DNA from: Nemertoderma westbladi
Taxonomy: Eukaryota > Animalia > Xenacoelomorpha
DNA length: 40,353 bases
Direction of reading: 5' to 3'
Assembly: GCA_032718475.1 (NCBI GenBank)
Contig: JAUCBJ010008546.1
Coordinates: 1 to 40,353 of the forward strand
Part shown: piece by piece, positions 22,401 through 30,371 of the stretch
Position numbering within the stretch: position 1 is the first letter of the stretch
Layout of the letters: the number at the start of each line of letters is the position of its first letter
The notes under the pieces: model-generated
What the model saw: only the letters and a program-made list of their open reading frames with translations
The model's database searches: none
Told to the model about the DNA's origin: nothing
Made by a program: the position numbers and the translations under genes

Positions 22401-25239
22401 TAATTCTATTCCCAATATACTTGACAATATTACTGATATTGAGGTCTATCCAGTCTCCTCCCAATCAAATGGAAAGTCCACTGATCAAATTGACATCATG
22501 ACTAGAAAATTCATGACTGACCACCTTAATATCAGTGATTCATCACGTTATACTGACATTGTTTTGCCAACAGCTAATGACTGTACCACTCTAAATACTT
22601 CTCAGTGGCTCAGTGACAATGTTGTTGATGGTTTTTTAGGAATACTGGAACGCCACTGTCAGAATTCAGTGTGGATATCAAGTGTCCTAACCCAAAAATT
22701 ACAGCATAAAAAGTTTGATACATACACAGCAGCTCAGTATGCATTTAAATACCTGATTGTTAAGCACCCAGTGCAATTTATTTTCTTTCCAGAGTGCTCA
22801 AACTCACATTTTGTTCTCCATGTCGGTGATACAACAACCAAAACAATCACCAGGTTATGTTCTATGGGTTCAACAAGGCCTTCAGCCGTGTCAAGGCGCA
22901 TCAGTTATATTTTAAATGAAGTGGATAGACTCAGCCCAAACCCTTGTAAGCCGGATCTTGAGAGCCATGTCAAGAGGTGGGGAGTATCAGCTTCCAAATA
23001 TGGATTTCCTGTTCAAAAAAATACTTATGACTGTGGTGTGTTTACATGTTTGTATGCTGTTGCGATTGCTTTGGGTAAGAAGGCATTACCAGACTTTTAT
23101 AAAGACAGCCTCTTAGCAAGGCAATGGATACGTGAAACATTAGAATCTCTCAAGTTGAATACTGATGATGTGTACATAAATCCACGTAACATGGATGCTG
23201 ATTCTTTTCCAACATACTCAGAGTATGATCTTTCTTCATTGCTTAATGTTCATAAGAGTACTACCATCAAGACCTTGGGTTCAGTAGAAACTCCAGTCAT
23301 ATCTGCCCTCCGTGATAGACTGTTCTGTGATGTCAAACCATTAATGAAACCCACTCAAGCTGCATCCTTGGAGTTACTCCCCCGTACATTAAAGAGGGAA
23401 CTTTCTACTGATATTTTCGAGTTAATGACTTGTCTCAAAGAGGGTACTTTCACAGCGTCATGCAGAAAAAGATTGAGGCTTAGTTGTAACTCTCACTCCA
23501 ATAGTTCCAGCAGTTCTAGCAATGGGTATGATCTACTGAAACATGAATTGATATCCTGCACTGAACTACTTCAAACTAGGATTACCATTGTCGATAATAA
23601 CAATGAGACCATGAAGCTAGAAATTCGTAACCTGAGGGATGAACTTAGTCAAGAAAGACATTCTAGGATTGTCCTGGAGGCAGAGTTAGAGGAAATTATC
23701 AAAGTAAAACAGAACAGAGAACCATCCACAACTGACTTTGTACCTTTCTCCCCCATTTCTCTCAGAAGGGGAGACGTTAACCTTGACAATTATTTAATAA
23801 TTGACGCAGCAAGTTCTTCAAATGACGATTGCGCCCTTAATTCACAAAATCCCGAATCTGTCAATAGATCATGTGATCTACTGCCTAATTCTCAGCAACA
23901 GAATTTACAAAAATTCCAGAAAGTTCCAACGAAAAAAAAAAAAAAAACTAGGAAACTAAAAAGGCATTGTAGCAATACTAAGGCAACATCTATGAATCAA
24001 GAGAAGGATCACAAGGATCCACAAATCGTTACTGAATCATCATCTGATTCTACTTGCTCTACCACGTTTAGCCCCGATCCTGTCCCACCCAATTGCAAAA
24101 CCACATCAATTCCATCAAGTGGTCTGATTAACAAGCCTACTGCACCGAAGGACACCAAATTCTCTAGTGAAATTTTGAGTATATCAAAGCCAATGCAATT
24201 TACTTCTGAGACATCCCGGCTTAGCACTAAATCATATCCGCGTGCATTTGGTGCCTCATCTAAAATTAATACATCTACTCATGGAACACAACATCTTACC
24301 AATTACGAGTCAGAGGACACACTCCAGTATCCTTACTCTCATCTGTATATAACTGGCGTAAAACGCAAATATAACATAGATGAGGTCACACATTACTTAA
24401 AAGCCAGGAACATAATATCCCATCGCATAAAAATTATTACTTACAACAAAGTTCTTGGAACTATCAATATGCGAGTCACTGTTGATGCTTGCAATGAGGA
24501 CAAAGTTCTTGAAATAAATTTCTGGCCACCCGGTGTGCGCTGCCGACTTTGGCGATTTTCTTCTTTACGCAATACACATCATATGCCTAACACTTATGAA
24601 ATAGGATTTAACACTCAATCTGGTAGAGAGTGCCACCACTATCATAACTATCAAAACTTCAATCATCATGCTTCCAAGAACTGTGGAAAGATTGTTGACC
24701 CAGCACATCTGGACGATTATCAACGACATCCATATGTCAAAGATCGGAACACTCAAATATGTCATGGTATTAATGATTACTCAGCTCAACTTGGTGGAGA
24801 TGGCCGAGGATCTCATTGCTTTAATCGACGTACTTCCAATTGCTATGCTAATGGTGAGGTCTCAGCACAATCGGATAGTGATCACTACACCTCAAGAAAT
24901 TATGCATACAACAATAATTCTAATCAATTACGTGGTTATGGCGGATGCTCCCCCAATTTTGATCATCGGAACACTTCCAACAACAATGCAAACACTAATG
25001 CTTCAGCTCATAACAATGGCGAATATTGCAACACTCATGACTTTGATCCGCATGCTGTGAATACAAGTGATTCAGCAGAATATGGCAGATTTGATCAATA
25101 CACTCACAATTCACCAAATCACCCATATAATTCATATACCTCAAGTAACTTTGTAGATTACAATTCAGCTCACTTTAGTGATGATGGTGCACGCATACGC
25201 GATTGTAACCTTGATCGGAACTTTATGAACTGTGTTTAA
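19462..25239 (+). CDS. LINE B ORF1, ~1925 aa: SAP, 10-aa repeats, PAM2-like motif, Ulp1/C48-like domain, coiled coil, basic patch, RRM-like domain, N/H/Y-rich tail
   Basis: First ATG at 19462 (the track starts at TTG 19438). Motifs: MSTVRLKRYLENYGKPTAGSRAEVLRRV; SLNAYASSFVP; WLSDNVVD...SHFVL...QKNTYDCGVF; HLYITGV...FWPPGVRCRLW. Confidence 0.9.
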   Translation: MDNVRKMSTVRLKRYLENYGKPTAGSRAEVLRRVMCLIDRGIAAAPSEVPVPVVNLVDVKILTPTVLDPKFPVTRDNPTEVPATRNDFAEVPATRNNSSEVPITQNDSPKVPVTRNNLNDFAKVPAIRNDYSEFPITQNDSPKVPVTCDNPTEVLATWNDFATVPATRNDYSEVPITQNDSPKVPVTRNNLNDFAKVPAIRNDYSEFPITQNASPKVPVTCDNPTEVLATWNDFTEVPATRNDSSVVPITQNDSPKVQVTLNNLNDFAKVPVTQNDFTEVPLTRDNPTEVPLTRDNPTEVRVTRDNPTEVPLTRDNPTKVPLTRDNPTEVPLTRDNTYGVPLTHDNSTDVPLTRDNPTEVPSTRDNPTEVPLTRDNPTEVPLTRDNPTEVPVTRDNPTEVPLTRDNPTKVPLTRDNPTEVPSTRDNPTEVPLTRDNSTDVPLTRDNPTEVPSTRDNPTEVPLTRDNPTEIPITQNDFAEVPSNRIDFTEVPVTRNNSTVVPGTRNNPTEVPATLNNTAKVPVTRSDSTKIPVTHGHPTEAPATRSNTAEVPITCNNSAKVPVTHDNPNEVPATRNVNAKVPVTRNDSTKFSVTRNNSTEVPVTQNNSTVVPVTQNDSTEVPIIRDKPTDVLVTRKDSAKFPANQHNSTKIPITRNDSAEVPVTQYYSTEVLVTHDKLTKVPVTRNDSTEIPITRNDSDKVPVTQNYSAKVPVTYDKLTVASVPLNDFPKVPITRNGSAKVPVTHDNPTEGIATRNDSPEVPVTRNYSAEVPATHIDSAKVVETYNVSPEFPVTQNYSAEVQVQVIHNNPTEVPITRNDSAEVIITRHNSAVFPVSHYNSASVPATRNFPAEVPVTCYDYLNVNSGSGTQPSASSLNAYASSFVPEVEDLEDDGSWTLRRPSITQYPSTVLNSSDSHVFGSYVGCNRVDLQFLGAYNSSCSSEVDLHDLGAYINSSKAEVIEIAQNTDNYTSPTPLLKTGTNSIPNILDNITDIEVYPVSSQSNGKSTDQIDIMTRKFMTDHLNISDSSRYTDIVLPTANDCTTLNTSQWLSDNVVDGFLGILERHCQNSVWISSVLTQKLQHKKFDTYTAAQYAFKYLIVKHPVQFIFFPECSNSHFVLHVGDTTTKTITRLCSMGSTRPSAVSRRISYILNEVDRLSPNPCKPDLESHVKRWGVSASKYGFPVQKNTYDCGVFTCLYAVAIALGKKALPDFYKDSLLARQWIRETLESLKLNTDDVYINPRNMDADSFPTYSEYDLSSLLNVHKSTTIKTLGSVETPVISALRDRLFCDVKPLMKPTQAASLELLPRTLKRELSTDIFELMTCLKEGTFTASCRKRLRLSCNSHSNSSSSSSNGYDLLKHELISCTELLQTRITIVDNNNETMKLEIRNLRDELSQERHSRIVLEAELEEIIKVKQNREPSTTDFVPFSPISLRRGDVNLDNYLIIDAASSSNDDCALNSQNPESVNRSCDLLPNSQQQNLQKFQKVPTKKKKKTRKLKRHCSNTKATSMNQEKDHKDPQIVTESSSDSTCSTTFSPDPVPPNCKTTSIPSSGLINKPTAPKDTKFSSEILSISKPMQFTSETSRLSTKSYPRAFGASSKINTSTHGTQHLTNYESEDTLQYPYSHLYITGVKRKYNIDEVTHYLKARNIISHRIKIITYNKVLGTINMRVTVDACNEDKVLEINFWPPGVRCRLWRFSSLRNTHHMPNTYEIGFNTQSGRECHHYHNYQNFNHHASKNCGKIVDPAHLDDYQRHPYVKDRNTQICHGINDYSAQLGGDGRGSHCFNRRTSNCYANGEVSAQSDSDHYTSRNYAYNNNSNQLRGYGGCSPNFDHRNTSNNNANTNASAHNNGEYCNTHDFDPHAVNTSDSAEYGRFDQYTHNSPNHPYNSYTSSNFVDYNSAHFSDDGARIRDCNLDRNFMNCV
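19675..22030 (+). repeat. Coding 30-bp tandem repeat (GAGGTTCCATTAACCCGTGACAATCCCACC; EVPLTRDNPT) within ORF1
   Basis: Directly visible. Most homogeneous at ~20297-20870; a 219-bp higher-order duplication lies at ~19760-20200. Confidence 0.95.
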
Positions 25240-25288
25240 CCCATCATCCAGGCAGCCCAGCAGCAGCACATGTCAAGAGGCTTCTGAA

Positions 25289-28200
25289 ATGCTTAATATA
25301 CGTATAGGTTCCTACAACTGTCATGGTATCAAGTCCAGTATGGATGAGGTAGCTCAGCTTCTAACTGACCTTGATATACTCGCAGTGCAGGAACACTGGC
25401 TAGACGATTTGGAGGCCAAACTACTTTTGCCTAATTTAAATAATGAATTTATCTGCCTCTTCAGCATCGGATCACTAATGCAGAATCCCAATCGGGTACG
25501 TGGTTCAGGCGGTGTATGTTTATGGTTCAGGAGGGATCTATTTCATCATGTTAGTGCCATTTACAGCTCCGATGACATTATTGGTTTCGAGGCTTCCCCT
25601 AAATGTTCTGATGTTTTTGGCCCAAATATCATATTCATCAGTTGTTATGCTCCAGATGCCTCCAAAGATGACAATTTATATGAGGACTTCCTTTCACGCC
25701 TTACAAACATAATCAACCTACACTCTTTCGCAATCCCGTTTATTCTAGGTGACACAAATTCAGATGTTGGCCGTTTGCAAGGACCCCGACACTGCAGGGA
25801 CAATGCAACAAAGCGTGGAAAAAGGCTAAATACTTTTGCTCTGAACAATAACCTTGTCGTCGCGGACACTCTTCCAAAGTTTTCAGGACCTTGTATTACT
25901 TACAGGGGTAATGGAACTTCATACATAGACCACCTTCTAATTAGTAAGCATACTTACGATAATTTACTTGTTGGAGTGATACATGATCAGGACATGTATC
26001 TATTTTCAGATCATGTACCAATAACTGCTGTCTTTAGTTTTCCAACCACAACCTCATCATCACCCAAAGTCGATGCATATAATATTAAGAAGACAAGGGT
26101 TTCACCTAAAGTAGCTTGGAACAGGGTACAAGAATATCATATCCTTAAATATGAGAAGGACATTCAGAATCAGCTGAATACATTATATGAATCTACTTTG
26201 GGACCAGCAATACACTGGACAGGCTTGGAGTTATATGAATTCGTTGTTCGATTTCAAGAAATAATTATAACTGCTGCCAATATCCACTTACCCAAGTGCC
26301 CTAAACGCAGTAAATTAAGTAGAAACTTACGGATTCGATCAGCTGTTTTGCACGACAGATCAAAAACGTGCAGTAAGTTACACTGGTTATGGACCATGAA
26401 TGGCAAGAAAGAAGACTGTAAGTTTGGAGCAGCATTTACAGAATCTCGACGATCACTCAAACGCTTAAAGAACTGGCTTTCAAAGTCAATTGTCACCGAT
26501 AATATTAAGAGGAGGGTGGGGAACATGAAGAGCAATCCACGTAATTTTTGGAATTTTTTCAAAGCCAAGTCTGTCCATACCCCGCCTGAGCTTGCTCAAG
26601 AAGCGATCCGTAAAGACCTCCACGACACCCACTTCAAGAACGATTTGTATGATCAGTCTAGAACCGAGTTTGTTCAGGAGTTGCATGATCGTTGCTCAAC
26701 CACAACTGCTCCTGTAATATCTGCTCTCACTGTGAAAAGAGCTATGGCATCTCTCTCACGAGGTAAATCTCAAGATGCATTTTCATTAGTGGCAGAACAC
26801 TTTCTTTGTTTAAACTCTGACTACACTTATCAGGCTCTCGCCGATATATTCAATGGCTGTTTCAGGTTAGGAGTGCCAGAACTCTTCGGGCACACTATTA
26901 TCACCAGTCTTCACAAAGGAAAAGGTCGGGATCCTCTTCTGGCCAAGTCATATCGCCCTATTTCAACAGTCAGTTGCTTAGGAAAGATTTTTGAATCTGT
27001 GGTACTGGCCGAATTTTTATCAATACCTGAATTCATACCTGGCTCTCAATTCGCATACCAACGCAAGATTGGTTCGGACATAATAATTGGGTGTATCCTT
27101 GAATTCCTTGAAGCACAGCGATCGAGTGGTAAATCGGTTTTCCTATGCCAGATCGACATCAAAGGGGCCTTTGATAATGTTGACCATATATTATTGTTCC
27201 GCAAGTTGTTACAACACATTAATCCGCATATATGTTTCGCTCTATACACTTACTATACATGCACAATGGCATTTCTGAAATTTGGCGACTACATTGATAG
27301 CGACGGGATACACCTAATCAAAGGAGTCAAACAAGGATCCTTACTATCACCCTTATTATTTTTGTTGTATACTAAAGATGCGCTACACAATATGAATGAT
27401 GATGGCGCTGGGTTCAATATAACTTTGATGTGGCTTGGTATCGTGGCTTATGCCGACGATTTTCTTCTTTGCGCCGACACAGCTGCCAAACTTGAGACAC
27501 TTGTTGCTCGCCTTATTGATGTACTAAATGATCTGAAACTTCAGGTCGAACATAGCAAGACAAAATGGATCTGTCATCGTGGAATTGGGACTACCACTGC
27601 ACCGATACCTTGCTTCATTAACGCAGGCGGTACTCTAATAAGCGAAAGTCCTACGTTTGTTTTCCTTGGATTCAATTTATTATCCGCACCCAACTCAAAC
27701 CTCCATAAAGACTGTATCCAGACAATCTCGATACTCTCAGATATGTTCCATCGGAAAGGTTGGACAGTCCGCAACATCGACATTGATACTATTTCCTATC
27801 TGTGGCGAACTATTGCCGTCCCATCTATTTCGTACAGTCTGAAATTCAACATAGGGGCACTCAGTAAGGTTGCCATTGAGAAGGTTGATGTTCACTACCG
27901 CAAGGCATTGCGTGGTCTCCTGCATATTGGTTCCTACGTTGACAACAACATTGTATACAAAATTTTAGGCTGCCATCCCATATCCACAATAGCATATCAA
28001 CTATGTGTTGGGACTATACTGAGGTCTCGTTATTGCCCTAATATAATTTTACAAGCTCTGCTGGGGGTTTGCTTAAATGATACAATGGCCGGTAACCGCC
28101 GTTATGTTGGTCTCGGCTCGACCTATGATGCGTGTAGATGTACTTTCCCACTGCCACGTCTGTCATCATTACTGAGTTACAGCTACAGTATGCGTTCATT

Positions 28201-28336
28201 GAAAGAGAGATTACAACCTGACCAACTCACATATCTAGAGACATTTCAACTCAATTTTATTCGCAGCTGCTATTACTCATCCGGTACTTTCACTGATAAG
28301 CATGAACGTATCCTAAGTTTTTTCAACATTTCATAG
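25289..28336 (+). CDS. LINE B ORF2: AP-endonuclease plus reverse transcriptase
   Basis: APE motifs SYNCHG, VQEHW, GGV, YAP, GDTN, IDH, SDH. RT motifs YRPIS, DIKGAFD, GVKQGSLLSP, YADD. First ATG at 25289, 49 nt after the ORF1 stop (the track starts at GTG 25232). Confidence 0.96.
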   Translation: MLNIRIGSYNCHGIKSSMDEVAQLLTDLDILAVQEHWLDDLEAKLLLPNLNNEFICLFSIGSLMQNPNRVRGSGGVCLWFRRDLFHHVSAIYSSDDIIGFEASPKCSDVFGPNIIFISCYAPDASKDDNLYEDFLSRLTNIINLHSFAIPFILGDTNSDVGRLQGPRHCRDNATKRGKRLNTFALNNNLVVADTLPKFSGPCITYRGNGTSYIDHLLISKHTYDNLLVGVIHDQDMYLFSDHVPITAVFSFPTTTSSSPKVDAYNIKKTRVSPKVAWNRVQEYHILKYEKDIQNQLNTLYESTLGPAIHWTGLELYEFVVRFQEIIITAANIHLPKCPKRSKLSRNLRIRSAVLHDRSKTCSKLHWLWTMNGKKEDCKFGAAFTESRRSLKRLKNWLSKSIVTDNIKRRVGNMKSNPRNFWNFFKAKSVHTPPELAQEAIRKDLHDTHFKNDLYDQSRTEFVQELHDRCSTTTAPVISALTVKRAMASLSRGKSQDAFSLVAEHFLCLNSDYTYQALADIFNGCFRLGVPELFGHTIITSLHKGKGRDPLLAKSYRPISTVSCLGKIFESVVLAEFLSIPEFIPGSQFAYQRKIGSDIIIGCILEFLEAQRSSGKSVFLCQIDIKGAFDNVDHILLFRKLLQHINPHICFALYTYYTCTMAFLKFGDYIDSDGIHLIKGVKQGSLLSPLLFLLYTKDALHNMNDDGAGFNITLMWLGIVAYADDFLLCADTAAKLETLVARLIDVLNDLKLQVEHSKTKWICHRGIGTTTAPIPCFINAGGTLISESPTFVFLGFNLLSAPNSNLHKDCIQTISILSDMFHRKGWTVRNIDIDTISYLWRTIAVPSISYSLKFNIGALSKVAIEKVDVHYRKALRGLLHIGSYVDNNIVYKILGCHPISTIAYQLCVGTILRSRYCPNIILQALLGVCLNDTMAGNRRYVGLGSTYDACRCTFPLPRLSSLLSYSYSMRSLKERLQPDQLTYLETFQLNFIRSCYYSSGTFTDKHERILSFFNIS

Positions 28337-28838
28337 TACAAACGGCAATGTTTTATTTTTTTATGTACTCTGAGTGACAGCATACTCTTTTCCATACACT
28401 ATATTGATTATAACATAATGTTGCCTTCATTGATTATATATTTATTTTACAATTGTGACAATTTCCTCTGCTCGATGTAATAATATCAATTTATAATATT
28501 GACTACAACCACAGGGATGTACCGTTGTAATATTTAAAACTTGGATCAGATTTCAATCGTTAATTATGTATTGTTATTTATTGTATTGCGTATTGCTCAT
28601 TGTCCGGTAATGCTCTAAATCATTTGAACTATTCAGTACAAAGTTTTTGCATGCAAAGTAATTGTGTCCATGAGTGGCGACTGACAACTAACACCTTGCA
28701 TTCTTCAGCCACCTCTATGATATTTTAATCACATACTTTATATTTTTAGCCAGCTGTTTTATTGTGCATTTGCGTGCATTTTTATTTACATTTACCCTGT
28801 ATTGTCGCCTCGTGCGAATTAAATCAAATATATATATA

Positions 28839-29401
28839 TATTCTAAAGAGTAATCCCACAGAGGCCCGAACGGATTCAAGTGACAATGGTCGCACCCCCA
28901 TAAGGTCATAGATTGCAGAGTTACTAACATAGCTGCCGACATGCAATAAGTTTCTGAGGACACGCCGATGCAAGGCATCAATGGACTCCCGTTCAGAACT
29001 AGAAATCGAGCCCATTACAAGGCGGGTAAAGAACAGTAGCCGAGGCTCAGCCACAGACCTCCACAATGTAGCTATGGTATCTATGCTATACCACCTTGTT
29101 GTCCAACCCTTCCTATAGAATAAACTTGAGAGGAGTAACAGTTCTTGACGAATATCGCAAACAATATCATTTTCTGACCCAAAGATTTTTACCCCAAGAA
29201 AGGTCATGTGTCGACCCCGCATAATATTGCAGCCGTTGATTCTTATGCTGCTGTGAATGTCAACACCCATTGGTTTGCCTGTAGGCTCCCGAACGATCCA
29301 ACATGTTTTGGAATCTTCAATGTCCAAAGAAATATTATTTGCACCCACATTAATCCGATCTGTAATAATTTGTAGATCTTTCTCTGAGGAACACATCACG
29401 A
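28839..29401 (-). mobile_element. 5' part of truncated LINE A (RT from just after YADD)
   Basis: SKTCWI...FLG...FYRKGWT...IDTIATLWRSVA.P...LRNLLHVGSYVSN aligns with LINE B ORF2 (SKTKWI...FHRKGWT...IDTISYLWRTIAVP...LRGLLHIGSYVDN). Candidate TSD GATACT at 18645-18650 / 29402-29407. Confidence 0.9.
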
Positions 29402-29617
29402 GATACTAAGTTGTGCGCACAAGATACTAAGTTGTGCGCACAAGATACTAAGTTGTGCGCACAAGATACTAAGACGTGCCGACGTGCGCACACGATACTA
29501 AGTTGTGCGCCAAACTTAGATAAGTTATGCGCAAGATACAACTGTAAGTTGTGCGCACAACTTACGAAACAAAATATTTTTTTTCCAAATGCCCCTTCAG
29601 AGGCTCCGTTCTCCGTA
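29402..29617. mobile_element. Right half of the TIR element with 21-bp repeats
   Basis: Same GATACTAAGTTGTGCGCACAA units in the same orientation, then the terminus TTTTTTCCAAATGCCCCTTCAGAGGCTCCGTTCTCCGTA. Confidence 0.8.
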
Positions 29618-29939
29618 CTAAAACATGTTTTTTCATACACGTTTTTCTGCGGCCATTTACACATACACCACCCCTACCTCTGGCTCCTTGGCCATGGCTA
29701 TTATGGGATAGATCGAACATTATAGGTTTGAGTCGAATGGCAAATTTAAAAAAACTTTTAGTTTTACTGTATTCGGAAACGCTGCTGTATCTACCCAAGT
29801 CACTTCTCGTTGAAGACAATCATTGGGAATTTGATTCCAAGACAATATACTGCAAACAATATCCAATTTTTTAGAGAACAGGAGTTAATTGTAATTTCTG
29901 CCATGGGTTAATTATTTGTGTTGACAGTGTGAGTCACTG

Positions 29940-30371
29940 TAATTATCAGTATACCAGACTGCCAGACCAGTCCTGTAGTCAGCATGTCAGTTGTAGTAGA
30001 CTAGAGGACTAGTACTAGTACGGTACTGGAGTCCAGTTCCAGTAGTCAGGTAGTGAGTACAGAGTATTCGACTCGAGGGAGGGGGTTGAGGCTAAAGCAG
30101 ATAAGCCGCCCATTCACCATTACACTATTGCTGTAGACCAGTACTGCAGTATACCGGCAATATACAGATATAGGGCCTACAGATATTATAGCTGTATAGG
30201 CCTAGGCACTAACTTCTCGTCTACAAGTCAGCAAGTCCTACTCTACTAGGCCTATTATACCTGTATACTGGTATACCGATAGTATTATTACCGCACACCC
30301 AGGTCTGCTTTCCAGTACAACTGCAGTAGCCTGGTAGCTAGCCTACCGGTTTTATAGCAGTAGGCTATAGA
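29940..30371 (+). promoter_or_regulatory. Probable promoter/5' region of DDX56
   Basis: Dense TAGGCCTA/TAGCCTA/CAGTAC/ACTAGT words, the same signature seen upstream of MASTL. Inference only. Confidence 0.4.

Larger units (their letters stand above)
19291..28838 (+). mobile_element. Apparently full-length two-ORF APE-type LINE ('LINE B'); clade uncertain (RTEX/Daphne-like features)
   Basis: Two intact ORFs, ~500-bp 3' UTR, terminal hairpin TCGC-CTCGT-GCGA, ATTAAA and (TA)n tail. TSD TATTCT at 19285-19290 and 28839-28844. Confidence 0.92.

Noticed and set aside
19438-25239. ORF1 as a host mucin/zonadhesin-like or SENP gene
   Set aside because: No signal peptide or introns. It lies inside the TSD-bounded unit directly upstream of APE-RT and ends in a LINE ORF1-type RRM-like domain.
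29720-29880. Minus-strand frame with WNQIP...LKVFL resembling a LINE C-terminus
   Set aside because: Too short and degenerate to support a call.
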